Assembly (NCBI GenBank): GCA_902627805.1
Contig: CACOKN010000004.1
Location: 5,399 to 69,398, forward strand
DNA: 64,000 nucleotides
Reading direction: 5' to 3'
DNA from: an uncultured Pelagibacteraceae bacterium
Lineage (GTDB): Bacteria > Pseudomonadota > Alphaproteobacteria > Pelagibacterales > Pelagibacteraceae
Shown: positions 8,539 through 17,782 of the stretch, piece after piece
Layout of the letters: each line of letters opens with the position of its first letter
How positions within the stretch are numbered: position 1 is the stretch's first letter
Made by a program: the position numbers and the translations under genes
The notes under the pieces: generated by a model
What the model was told of the DNA's origin: nothing
Databases searched by the model: none
The model's input: the letters and a program-made list of their open reading frames with translations, nothing else

Positions 8539-9609
8539 CTAGTAAAATAAAGCTTTGATAAAAATCCATTTTGGCATTTTTAAAATTATAGTCAAATCTT
8601 CAAGAAAATTACTCTTATTGGAGAGAAATTTGATAATTGTTTTAGGAGAACTTTGAAACATTTTAAAAAAAATTTCTGACATTCTTTGGGGATGTTTTTC
8701 AAGAACACGTAAAAATATTTCATCCAAAAATTGATATTTTTTATTAATTTCAAATTTTTTAGCATGTTGAATATTTTCAATATTTTTTCTAATAAATTTA
8801 CTATGTTCTTGTATATTCAAAAAAGTATATCCAGTGCTTAATCTTGTCATACCACCAGTAGTTCCAATATTAATTTTATTTTTTTCATTTTTATATGACG
8901 GATAAAAAAGTGGAATTGCACCTATTTCTTTATATGTAATTTTATAATTTTTTAAATTTAATTTCTTTTCGATATATTCTTTAATTTGTTGATCATAATC
9001 TTTTTGAGAGTTATCATTCATTTTTGAAAGCCAAGTACTTTCAATTAATGCCTTATTTTTCGAAAAGGGAAGTGTATAAAAAAAATGGACACTTTCCCTT
9101 TGATCACAATCAAAATCCATAAGATTAAAAATGTTTTCATCGAAATAATTATTTTCTGTCTCTATTTCAATCCCACAAAAATGTTGCCATAAATTTCTTG
9201 AGTCATTTTTGATATAAGGAACACTATTAAATATAAATGAATTTTTTATGTTGATATCTTTAAGCTCCTTGAAAAAAAAGATATTTTTATTTTTTTTTAA
9301 TGAATTATTTATTTTTTCATAAAACAAACCACTATCGATGCTTTGGTATGGATAATTTTCACAATCAAGGAAATTGGTTTTATTTGGAGCATTAATTGAA
9401 AAATTTTTCCAATTTTTAATGACACAATCATCAAAATTATGTTCAGATACCTTCCAAAAAGACCAGGTCTTATCTCTTTTGTATTCATCTCGAGGTTCGA
9501 TAATTGCTAAAGTTTTATTTTCTAATTTATTATGGATTTCCAATTCATAAGCCAGAGATAAACCAGCACAACCACCACCAATAATTATGTAATCAAATTC
9601 TTTCATCAA
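8539..9609 (-). CDS. crtY: lycopene beta-cyclase
   Basis: 356 aa. N-terminal FAD fold DYIIIGGGCAGLSLA. Sits between crtB and blh. Confidence 0.75.
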   Translation of the reverse strand: MMKEFDYIIIGGGCAGLSLAYELEIHNKLENKTLAIIEPRDEYKRDKTWSFWKVSEHNFDDCVIKNWKNFSINAPNKTNFLDCENYPYQSIDSGLFYEKINNSLKKNKNIFFFKELKDINIKNSFIFNSVPYIKNDSRNLWQHFCGIEIETENNYFDENIFNLMDFDCDQRESVHFFYTLPFSKNKALIESTWLSKMNDNSQKDYDQQIKEYIEKKLNLKNYKITYKEIGAIPLFYPSYKNEKNKINIGTTGGMTRLSTGYTFLNIQEHSKFIRKNIENIQHAKKFEINKKYQFLDEIFLRVLEKHPQRMSEIFFKMFQSSPKTIIKFLSNKSNFLEDLTIILKMPKWIFIKALFY

Positions 9610-10444
9610 GATTAATTTCTTTATTAATCAATAAATGATCATGTTCGATTTGATCATCTTTTTTATTAAGTAAAGAAAGTACAATTAGATCATAAATTGA
9701 TAAAATCGTCTCCAAAACTTTTTCAAAGTTTGAAACGTAAATTTTTCCAGATTTACTATAATTTTCAAAGGTTTTCTTTTTCAAAATTTTATATCCAATT
9801 TTTCTGTATATTCTTCTAGCAACTAGAATACTAAATCTAAAGCTAAGTGGAATTTCTCTTATCGAATAAAATGAATTTTTATAAAATGTATCAGCAAGTT
9901 TAATAGTTGAATTAATTTCCTCAAAATTTCCATCTATATAAGATCTATTTTTTTTTGAGTCCTCAATCACATCTCTTGATATATTGGTGAGCTGCATTGC
10001 TATACCAAGATCGATTGCAGATTTAAGAGATTGTTTTTTTTTCACTTTTAAAATTTTTGCCATCATCAGTCCGACTGTTCCAGCTACTCTATAACAATAG
10101 ATTAAAAGATCTTTTCGAGTATCTATTTTTACATTTTGTTTTATGTCTGACTCTATCCCGTCAAATAAATCATAAATTATTTCCTGAGAAATATTGAATT
10201 CATTAATAATGTTCCACATATTTTGAATAACAGGATCCATAAAATTTTTTTGTTTAAAAGCACTTACAAATTTTTGGAATTTCATTTTTTTTATTTCTAT
10301 TTCATCTTCGTCATCTGCAATATTATCTACAACTCTGCAAAAATCGTACAAGTAGGAACAATTTTTATAGGTTTTTTTTGGTAAAAAAAAACCAGCCCAA
10401 TTAAATGATTTTGCGTAAATAGATAAATAATTTTTAGAGGACAT
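9593..10444 (-). CDS. crtB: phytoene synthase
   Basis: 283 aa. YDFCRVVDNIADD and YCYRVAGTVGLM...NISRDV motifs of the squalene/phytoene synthase family. Confidence 0.85.
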   Translation of the reverse strand: MSSKNYLSIYAKSFNWAGFFLPKKTYKNCSYLYDFCRVVDNIADDEDEIEIKKMKFQKFVSAFKQKNFMDPVIQNMWNIINEFNISQEIIYDLFDGIESDIKQNVKIDTRKDLLIYCYRVAGTVGLMMAKILKVKKKQSLKSAIDLGIAMQLTNISRDVIEDSKKNRSYIDGNFEEINSTIKLADTFYKNSFYSIREIPLSFRFSILVARRIYRKIGYKILKKKTFENYSKSGKIYVSNFEKVLETILSIYDLIVLSLLNKKDDQIEHDHLLINKEINLDERI

Positions 10445-11907
10445 TATAAAATTTTATCTAAAACCTTTGCTGAGGAAAGCACTCCAGGTACACCTGCCCC
10501 AGGATGAGTGCCTGCACCAACAAAATATAAACCATTATAAATTTCAGATTTGTTATGGAATCTAAAGTAAGCAGATTGTGAGAATTTTGGTTGTATAGAA
10601 AAACCTGAACCATATTTTGTATTGAGATCTTTTTCAAAGTAGTCAGGTGTTAAATAAAAATCTTCGACAATATTTTCTTTTAAATTTGGCATTAAATCTT
10701 TCTCCATTTTCTCTACCACTAAATTTTTCATTTTTTCACCTTCTAACGACCAATCAATTTTTGATTGGTTATTGGGAACAGGAACCAGAACATAGAAACA
10801 ATCATGTCCATCTGGTGCCATGGATTTATCAGTGGCAGTGGGTCTATGTAGATAATAACTTATATCGTTGTTTAATTTTTTATTATTAAAAATGTCATCA
10901 AGGTGCTCTTTATATTTATTACCAAATTTAATGGTGTGATGTTCAACGTTATCATAAATTTTCTTGGTTCCAAAATAATATACAAATAAACCCATTGAAT
11001 ATTCCATTCTATTTTTTTTCCATTTAAATATAAAAGAATTACTACTCTGGCCGTTTAACATTTTTTCATAAACACCTGGTGGATCTGCATTACAAATAAC
11101 TTTATTAGCGTCAATTTTTTTTGAGTTGTCCAATTTAACTCCAGTAATCTCATTTTGTTTTGAAATTATTTGAGTTACCTCAGATCCTTTTATTACCTCG
11201 ATGCCTTCTTCGTTCATTAATTTTTCAAAACCACTTATGATATTTCCTGTTCCGCCCATAGAATAGTGAATGCCCCATTTTTTTTCTAAGTATAAAATCA
11301 GTCCATATATGGATGTTGTGGTGAAAGGATTTCCACCAACTAAAAGAGGATGCATGCTCAACATTCTTCTCAATTTTTCATTTTTAATATAGGATGATAC
11401 CAGTGAATATACTGACTTATAACTTTTGAGTTTGAGTAATGAGGGTAATTGTTTCATCATCACTGAAGGCTTATCAAAGGGTACGTCAGCTAGTTCCGTA
11501 AAACCTTTATCAAAAATTTTTTTAGTGAAATTAACAAGTTTTTCATATCCTTGAGCATCCTCTTTGTTAATAAGCTCTATTTGTCTTTTCATCTCATTTT
11601 CGTCACCAGAGTAATTGAACTTTGATTTATCCTCAAAAATGAATTGATACCAAACTTTAAGAGGTGTTAATTTAATATAATTATTTGGATTTTTTTGAAA
11701 TAATTCAAATAATTCATTAATTAAGTATGGAGCTGTAATTACTGTTGGACCACCATCATAAATGAACCCATTCTTTTTAAAAACTCTTGCTCTACCACCT
11801 AGGTCTTTGTGTTTTTCAATTAATGTAACATTGTGACCCTTAGCTTTAAGACGAAGAGCGGCTGCTATACCACCAAAACCAGAGCCTATAACCACAGAAT
11901 TCATCAT
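10444..11907 (-). CDS. crtI: phytoene desaturase
   Basis: 487 aa. VIGSGFGGIAAALRL FAD motif and C-terminal GAGTHPGAGVPGV. Confidence 0.9.
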   Translation of the reverse strand: MMNSVVIGSGFGGIAAALRLKAKGHNVTLIEKHKDLGGRARVFKKNGFIYDGGPTVITAPYLINELFELFQKNPNNYIKLTPLKVWYQFIFEDKSKFNYSGDENEMKRQIELINKEDAQGYEKLVNFTKKIFDKGFTELADVPFDKPSVMMKQLPSLLKLKSYKSVYSLVSSYIKNEKLRRMLSMHPLLVGGNPFTTTSIYGLILYLEKKWGIHYSMGGTGNIISGFEKLMNEEGIEVIKGSEVTQIISKQNEITGVKLDNSKKIDANKVICNADPPGVYEKMLNGQSSNSFIFKWKKNRMEYSMGLFVYYFGTKKIYDNVEHHTIKFGNKYKEHLDDIFNNKKLNNDISYYLHRPTATDKSMAPDGHDCFYVLVPVPNNQSKIDWSLEGEKMKNLVVEKMEKDLMPNLKENIVEDFYLTPDYFEKDLNTKYGSGFSIQPKFSQSAYFRFHNKSEIYNGLYFVGAGTHPGAGVPGVLSSAKVLDKIL

Positions 11908-11944
11908 GATAACTTATATTTTTTTGGATTAATTGTAAAAAGTA

Positions 11945-12457
11945 TTATGAGTTAATTTTTTTTAACTCTTCTTTAGTTTCTTCTAAATTTTTCTGAAACA
12001 GCGTATCAAGTTTAGATTTATCAACTGAGGTTGTTATTATTTTTTTTACTGAGTCTATAGCTATTTTAACTGATGCATCTTTAATCTCTTTAATCGCCAC
12101 CTCTCTCATTTGATTAATTTTATTTTTGGCCAAATTTTTCTTGATTTCAGAGGATTTATGAAATTTGTCATTAAGCTCAATGATTAATTTATCAGCATCT
12201 TTCTTTGCCTGATCAAGTATTTCTTTACTTTCAGATTGCGCTGTGTCTAATTTTTTCTGAGCATTATCTAATAATATCTTTGCTTCACCTCTCAGTTTCT
12301 CACTTTCATCAATCTCATTTTTTATGTCTGAGATTAATTTATTAAGAATATTATTAATTTTTTGAGGTACTTTTAAATAAATAAGACCACCAAAAAATAT
12401 TAAAAAAGATACCGCTACCCAAAAAGTTGAATCAATGACCATAATATTTTTCTCCAT
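11945..12457 (-). CDS. atpF: F0F1 ATP synthase subunit b
   Basis: 170 aa. One N-terminal TM helix followed by a long charged helix. Last gene of the F0 cluster. Confidence 0.75.
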   Translation of the reverse strand: MEKNIMVIDSTFWVAVSFLIFFGGLIYLKVPQKINNILNKLISDIKNEIDESEKLRGEAKILLDNAQKKLDTAQSESKEILDQAKKDADKLIIELNDKFHKSSEIKKNLAKNKINQMREVAIKEIKDASVKIAIDSVKKIITTSVDKSKLDTLFQKNLEETKEELKKINS

Positions 12458-13022
12458 TTTTTTTTACCAGGTCATCAACAATTGCAGAGATACTACTATT
12501 ATTAATTTCTGCTCCAATTAATTTTTTCAAAATTTCAGCAGATGTTACTACAGCAATTTTATTAATTTTTTCCGGTGCACTTTGTCTTAAAGTATCTATT
12601 TCTACTTCAGCTTTTTTAATTTCATCATTAATTTGTTTATCTAAGATCTCTTTTTTAGAGTTAATATTTTTGATTATTTTTTCTCTAACATCTTTAAAAA
12701 TATTCTTCGCTTCAATTTTACTTTTAAGAATGATCCCATCAAATTCTTCAAGTTTAGCTTCACTACTTTCTCTTTGTTTTTCAGCTGCCTCAATATTTTC
12801 TTGGATTTGTGATTTTCTCAATTCTAAGTTTGCACTTATTTTTGGCAGTATAAGTTTTGATAAAACAATATACAAAACTCCAAAAGTGAGTACTAGCCAG
12901 AAAATTTGTGAAATCCAAAACTCTGGATCTAATTGAGGCATTCCTCCACTCTCCGCTGCAAAAATCTTTTTTGTAAAAAAGAAATTTGCAATTAATGAAT
13001 ATAAAAATAGTTTTTTAAACAT
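12432..13022 (-). CDS. atpF2: F0F1 ATP synthase subunit b'
   Basis: 196 aa. MPQLDPEFWISQIFWL motif, TM helix and charged helix. Sits between atpE and atpF as in alphaproteobacteria. Confidence 0.7.
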   Translation of the reverse strand: MFKKLFLYSLIANFFFTKKIFAAESGGMPQLDPEFWISQIFWLVLTFGVLYIVLSKLILPKISANLELRKSQIQENIEAAEKQRESSEAKLEEFDGIILKSKIEAKNIFKDVREKIIKNINSKKEILDKQINDEIKKAEVEIDTLRQSAPEKINKIAVVTSAEILKKLIGAEINNSSISAIVDDLVKKNGEKYYGH

Positions 13023-13025
13023 TAA

Positions 13026-13253
13026 TTAAAACGCGAAAAGAATAATCAATGCAACAACTAGTCCGAATAATCCTGTTGCTTCTGCAAGAGCAAATCCTAA
13101 GAGCAAATTAGGAAATTGTTTTTGCGCTGCAGATGGATTTCTCATTGCACCAGATAAATAATTTCCAAAAATTATTCCGATACCTACTCCAGCTCCAGCT
13201 AAAGCTATAGCTGCAAGTCCTGCTCCAATCATTTTTGCTGCTTCTAATTCCAT
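13026..13253 (-). CDS. atpE: F0F1 ATP synthase subunit c
   Basis: 75 aa helical hairpin with GAGVGIG and LAEATGLF motifs. Confidence 0.9.
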   Translation of the reverse strand: MELEAAKMIGAGLAAIALAGAGVGIGIIFGNYLSGAMRNPSAAQKQFPNLLLGFALAEATGLFGLVVALIILFAF

Positions 13254-13270
13254 TATATCCTCCTTATAAG

Positions 13271-14005
13271 TTAATGGTGTAAATTTAATGCATCATTTAG
13301 ATAAATGCATGTTAAAATTGCAAAAACATAAGCTTGAAGAAAAGCAACTAGTATCTCCAAACCAGTTAAAGCAACTGAAAAACTCAGTGGAAGCCATCCA
13401 CCAACAATTCCGAGGCTTACGACAAAGCCCCCGAAAACCTTCATCATAGTGTGTCCAGCCATCATGTTTGCAAACAATCTTACTGATAAGCTGATAGGTC
13501 TACTTAAATATGAAATAATTTCAATGACCACTATTAATGGTAAAAGTACGATAGGGACACCACTTGGAACAAATAGTTTTAAGTAACCAAAGCCATGTTT
13601 TATAAAACCAACAACTGTAACTCCAATAAAAATAAAAGCTGCCAATATGAAAGTCACAATGATATGACTAGTCACTGTAAAAGTGTAAGGTATCATGCCG
13701 AACATGTTACAAAACAAAACAAACATAAATAATGAAAAGATAAATGAAAAATATGGTTTAGCTTTTGAACCAGCGGTATCGCTGATCATTTTTGATACAA
13801 ATGAATAGCTTAATTCAGCTAAGAGTTGGATCTTACTCGGAAGTATTGAATTTTTCTTTGAACCAAGGTTAAATATTATTAAAATCGCAAGAGAACTTAT
13901 GACCATGAATAAACTAGCGTTGGTAAAAGAAATATCAAAAGCGCCTACTTTTATTTCTGGACCAATTCTATAAACTTCGAATTGTGTCATTGGGTTAGCT
14001 GCCAT
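13271..14005 (-). CDS. atpB: F0F1 ATP synthase subunit a
   Basis: 244 aa. LSVRLFANMMAGH motif. Confidence 0.9.
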   Translation of the reverse strand: MAANPMTQFEVYRIGPEIKVGAFDISFTNASLFMVISSLAILIIFNLGSKKNSILPSKIQLLAELSYSFVSKMISDTAGSKAKPYFSFIFSLFMFVLFCNMFGMIPYTFTVTSHIIVTFILAAFIFIGVTVVGFIKHGFGYLKLFVPSGVPIVLLPLIVVIEIISYLSRPISLSVRLFANMMAGHTMMKVFGGFVVSLGIVGGWLPLSFSVALTGLEILVAFLQAYVFAILTCIYLNDALNLHH

Positions 14006-14015
14006 AAAACCTTAT

Positions 14016-14291
14016 CTATTTTTGCATTTTTTTTGCGGATCTAATTACATTAATTATCCCTGTAACTACCCCTACAAAAAAAAATATTAAAATTAACCAG
14101 GGTTTAGTACCAAAGGTCTTGTCCAAAAGAAACCCAATAATTGTCCCTACGGCGACTGCTGAAACTAGCTCAGTACTTAGCTTAAAAGCAGTGCCAATTG
14201 GAGATTGATTATCTCTCTTATTTTCTAGATCTCTTTTTGAAACCTTTTTCTTTGCAATCTCTAAGCGAGTTTTAAATGGATCTTTGGACAT
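14016..14291 (-). CDS. atpI: AtpI/AtpZ-like ATP synthase protein I
   Basis: 91 aa small two-TM protein immediately upstream of atpB. Confidence 0.55.
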   Translation of the reverse strand: MSKDPFKTRLEIAKKKVSKRDLENKRDNQSPIGTAFKLSTELVSAVAVGTIIGFLLDKTFGTKPWLILIFFFVGVVTGIINVIRSAKKMQK

Positions 14292-14304
14292 TTTAATTAA
14301 TTAC

Positions 14305-16701
14305 TTAAGCGACCATGCTTTCTGCTTTTTGTAAATCAACAGCCACAAGCTGACTTATTCCTTTTTCAGGCATGGTGACGCCATAAAGTCTATTCATTTT
14401 TGACATTGTCAAAGCATGGTGAGTAACAATGATGAATTTGGTATTTGTAATTTTTATTAGTTCCTCAAGTAGGCCACAAAATCTTGTTACATTGGCATCA
14501 TCTAAAGGTGCATCAACCTCGTCCAAAACACATATAGGAGAGGGGTTAGTTAAAAAAACAGCAAAAATCAAAGATAGCGCAGTCAAAGCCTGCTCACCTC
14601 CAGACAATAAAGTTATTGATTGGAGTCTTTTTCCAGGAGGACTTACCAACATTTCCAAACCAGCTTCTAAAGGATCATCGGAGTCAACTAATTCAAGCTT
14701 AGCATTTCCACCATTAAATAATTTTGTATAAACCTCATTAAATTTTCTATTTACCTTATCAAAAGCCTCAATTAGTCTTTCCCTTCCTTTTTGATTTAAT
14801 TCATTAATACTATCTTTAAGTTTTATAATTGCTGTAACTAAGTCTGCTCTATCTTGTTCCATTTTCTTAATTTCTGTTTCGTATTTTACTGTCTCTTCGT
14901 CGGCCTTTAGATTAACCGAGCCTAATTTTTCTCTCTCTTGTTTTTTTTTATCTAATAAGTCCTCTTGATTAACAGCATCAGGCAGTTCTTCGACACCAAA
15001 CAAATTTGAATTTTCTAAAATGTTTTCTTCCGTAAGATTTAGCTCAGAAATAATTCTATCAACTAAATCATTTTTTCTTTTTTTAAGTCCTTCAATTGTT
15101 GCCCCTGAACTTGCTTTTCGTTCTCTTATCTGAATAAATTGTTCTTGTATCTCGTTTAGTTGATTTCTAAGAGTGTCAATTTTTTCATCTGTGGTATTGA
15201 TAATTTGCTCATTCTCATTTTTTTCATTTTCAGAAATTCTTAAATTTTCCGAAATTTGCCCTTTTTTTTCAGCTTGAAATTTTGGTTGATTATCAAGTTT
15301 ATCTCGTTGTACATCAAGTTTATTTTTTCTATCACTTAATTCTGCTACCATTTTTTCTGAATTAGATAAAAGATTTTTCCAACTCTCAATCTCCTTGTCA
15401 ATTATTGCAATTCTCTCATTTCTTTTGACAGATTCTCTTTTGATATTTTGATTTTTACTATAGCTATCTGCGTATTCTTCGATGACAAATTGGCAATTAT
15501 CTAGTGATTTAATTGCATCATCATTTTTTTGTGAATTAATTAATTGTTTAATTTTATCGATTTCTGATTTTAACTTATTCTTACTATTTTCCAAATCTTC
15601 ATTCGATTGTTTCTCAGTTTGATAATATTTTGAGTCGATTTCAATAAGCTCTCTTTTTTCTTCTTTCAATCTTTTTTCATTTGAGTTTGCATCAATCACT
15701 ATTCCTCTTTCCCTACTAATATCATCATCTATTGTTTGTAGAGATTTTTTTACGTTTTCTATTTCGTCTTGAATTCTGCTATTTTCCTCATCTAGACTTT
15801 TGAGCTCTAAGTTTAGCCTTTGTATCTTTGATAAATTTTCAATATTTTTTTCTCGTAGAGGAGTTATTTTATCAACCTCAGTTTTAATCAGTTTCTCTAA
15901 TTCATTAATTCTATTGTTAAAACCACTGACTTCACTTTCTGCCTCTGTATTAATTTCATTTTCTATTTTAATTTCTTTATCGATCTCTAGTAATTTTAGA
16001 TAATATAGCCCTGCTTCAATTTTTTTTATTTCATCAGAAATATTTTTGTATTTTGTAGCCTCTTCAGCCTGTTTTTGTAAATTTGCTAATTGCCTTTCTT
16101 GTTGCCTTCTTAATTCATCAGCTCTCTTTAGATTATTTTCTGCAGCGTTCAATCTTAGTTCAGCCTCATGTCTTCTGACATGTAACCCAGAAATTCCTGC
16201 AGCTTCCTCTAAAATTGCTCTTCTATCTGTAGGTTTTGCTGTAACAAGAGCTCCAATTCTGCCTTGACTAATCATAGATGGAGAGTGAGCTCCAGTTGAT
16301 AAATCTGCAAAAAACATTTGAGCATCCCTTGCTCTAACTTCTTTATCATTGATATAAAACTTCGAACCTTTATCTTTTTCTATTTTTCTTCTAACATTTA
16401 TTTCATCTAACTCTCTAAATTGCACTGGACCCTCGTTATTTTCATTAGCTACAGTTACCAAAACTTCAGCAATATTTTTAGAAGGTTTGTTTGATGTTCC
16501 TGAAAATATAACATCTTCCATGCCTGATCCTCGCATGCTTTTTGCAGATGTTTCACCCATCACCCATCTCAAAGACTCAACAATATTTGATTTACCGCAA
16601 CCATTTGGGCCAACAATACCCGTCAAACCATTTTCAATTAAGAAATTAGTTTTATCTGCAAATGACTTAAATCCATTGAGTTGGATTTTTTTAAACTCCA
16701 T
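14305..16701 (-). CDS. smc: SMC chromosome condensation ATPase, unusually short (798 aa) with no recognisable hinge
   Basis: N-terminal FKSFADKT...GPNGCGKSNIVESLRWVMGE. C-terminal LSGGEQALTALSLIF and VLDEVDAPLDDANV. The central roughly 430 aa is coiled-coil-like only. Confidence 0.8.
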   Translation of the reverse strand: MEFKKIQLNGFKSFADKTNFLIENGLTGIVGPNGCGKSNIVESLRWVMGETSAKSMRGSGMEDVIFSGTSNKPSKNIAEVLVTVANENNEGPVQFRELDEINVRRKIEKDKGSKFYINDKEVRARDAQMFFADLSTGAHSPSMISQGRIGALVTAKPTDRRAILEEAAGISGLHVRRHEAELRLNAAENNLKRADELRRQQERQLANLQKQAEEATKYKNISDEIKKIEAGLYYLKLLEIDKEIKIENEINTEAESEVSGFNNRINELEKLIKTEVDKITPLREKNIENLSKIQRLNLELKSLDEENSRIQDEIENVKKSLQTIDDDISRERGIVIDANSNEKRLKEEKRELIEIDSKYYQTEKQSNEDLENSKNKLKSEIDKIKQLINSQKNDDAIKSLDNCQFVIEEYADSYSKNQNIKRESVKRNERIAIIDKEIESWKNLLSNSEKMVAELSDRKNKLDVQRDKLDNQPKFQAEKKGQISENLRISENEKNENEQIINTTDEKIDTLRNQLNEIQEQFIQIRERKASSGATIEGLKKRKNDLVDRIISELNLTEENILENSNLFGVEELPDAVNQEDLLDKKKQEREKLGSVNLKADEETVKYETEIKKMEQDRADLVTAIIKLKDSINELNQKGRERLIEAFDKVNRKFNEVYTKLFNGGNAKLELVDSDDPLEAGLEMLVSPPGKRLQSITLLSGGEQALTALSLIFAVFLTNPSPICVLDEVDAPLDDANVTRFCGLLEELIKITNTKFIIVTHHALTMSKMNRLYGVTMPEKGISQLVAVDLQKAESMVA

Positions 16702-16709
16702 GGGTTAAC

Positions 16710-17285
16710 TTATATCAGTTTTTCTAATGTTTTTTTTAAATTTTTATAATTAAGAGATTTTTCGAACTTTTCGTTATTAATTATTATCGTAGGAGTAGAA
16801 TTAACTTTAAAATTTTTTGTCCCCTCGATTCGATCATTTAAAACATAATCTTCTATTTCTTTGTTGTTAATACATTTTTCAAAATCAATATCAAACCCAG
16901 CATTTTTTAAAAATTCTTTTAAATTATTATTTACTTCTTCTATTTCCTTGCCTTTTATCCAAGCTTGTTGATTAGAATAAAGTTTTTCCAAAATTTCTAG
17001 GCTTTGATCTTGTTTACAAAGAGAAATTTTTGAAGCATTTAAAGCAGCAATATCTAAAGGAAAGTGTCGAAATTCTATTTTGACTAGTCCTGTATCTATG
17101 AAATCTTTTTTAAGAGAGGGGTAAACATCTTTATGAAAATTTGCACAATGGCCACATGTTAGAGACTCGTAGGCAATTATGGTAATCTTTGCATTTTGAT
17201 TTCCTGAAACTATCCTCTTTATTTCCGCGCTAGCACCAGTGCTTAATCCAAAAATTAGTATTAAAAATAGAAATAATTTTTTCAT
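16710..17285 (-). CDS. periplasmic DsbA-family thiol:disulfide oxidoreductase
   Basis: 191 aa. Signal peptide and CGHC active site. Confidence 0.7.
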   Translation of the reverse strand: MKKLFLFLILIFGLSTGASAEIKRIVSGNQNAKITIIAYESLTCGHCANFHKDVYPSLKKDFIDTGLVKIEFRHFPLDIAALNASKISLCKQDQSLEILEKLYSNQQAWIKGKEIEEVNNNLKEFLKNAGFDIDFEKCINNKEIEDYVLNDRIEGTKNFKVNSTPTIIINNEKFEKSLNYKNLKKTLEKLI

Positions 17286-17782
17286 TTTTCTTTAAAAACT
17301 TTTGTTAATTCAATCAATGAATTTTTGATTTGCTTATTTTTAACATCATTAAGTTTATTTTTATATTTATTGTTTGTCACAGGTTTATTCTGAATTATTT
17401 TTTGATTATCTATTTTATTTTCATCATTAAAACTTGTAAATTTAATACGTTTTACAACTTCATCTTTAAAAAAAGCATTCATTCTATCCAGAATTTCTTT
17501 TTTTGAATATTCTAACTCAACTTCATGACCTCTTTGTACCATTATTAAAAGCGTGCTCACACTGAACTTGTTTGTATTCTTAAAAGATTTTGGATAACAA
17601 ACTTTAAATAATTTTTCACCCGCTATATATCTCCAATTATTAAGCGTTTCAGAATAAATTTGGCCTCTTTTATTTATTACTCTCCTTACGTTTGTTGGTA
17701 AAGTGTCTTTAAGGGATCTTAATCCTTGAATGCTACCACCTCTCTGCTTAGAATATTTCTTAAATTGCATATGAAAGAACAA
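17282..17782 (-). CDS. DUF721/DciA-like protein (tentative)
   Basis: 166 aa. The position divergent from mutY and upstream of dsbA-smc matches alphaproteobacterial DUF721 genes. Sequence resemblance is judged from memory only. The start may instead be the internal ATG at 17770. Confidence 0.35.
   Translation of the reverse strand: MFFHMQFKKYSKQRGGSIQGLRSLKDTLPTNVRRVINKRGQIYSETLNNWRYIAGEKLFKVCYPKSFKNTNKFSVSTLLIMVQRGHEVELEYSKKEILDRMNAFFKDEVVKRIKFTSFNDENKIDNQKIIQNKPVTNNKYKNKLNDVKNKQIKNSLIELTKVFKEK

Noticed and set aside
8592-8780. Same-strand alternative-frame ORFs inside crtY (8592-8780) and inside uvrC (42166-42387).
   Set aside because: They are nested out of frame within genes whose main frames carry the family motifs. 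There is no evidence of frameshifting signals.
17726-17770. Long 5' extensions in the ORF track: mutY from 17726, ccrM to 21002, ilvE from 39319, the aminotransferase from 45991, lgt to 36692, petA from 28149 and the protease from 2848.
   Set aside because: The extensions start at TTG or GTG, or add hydrophobic junk ahead of an internal ATG that yields the family-typical N-terminus. Several would overlap the neighbouring gene's coding or promoter region.
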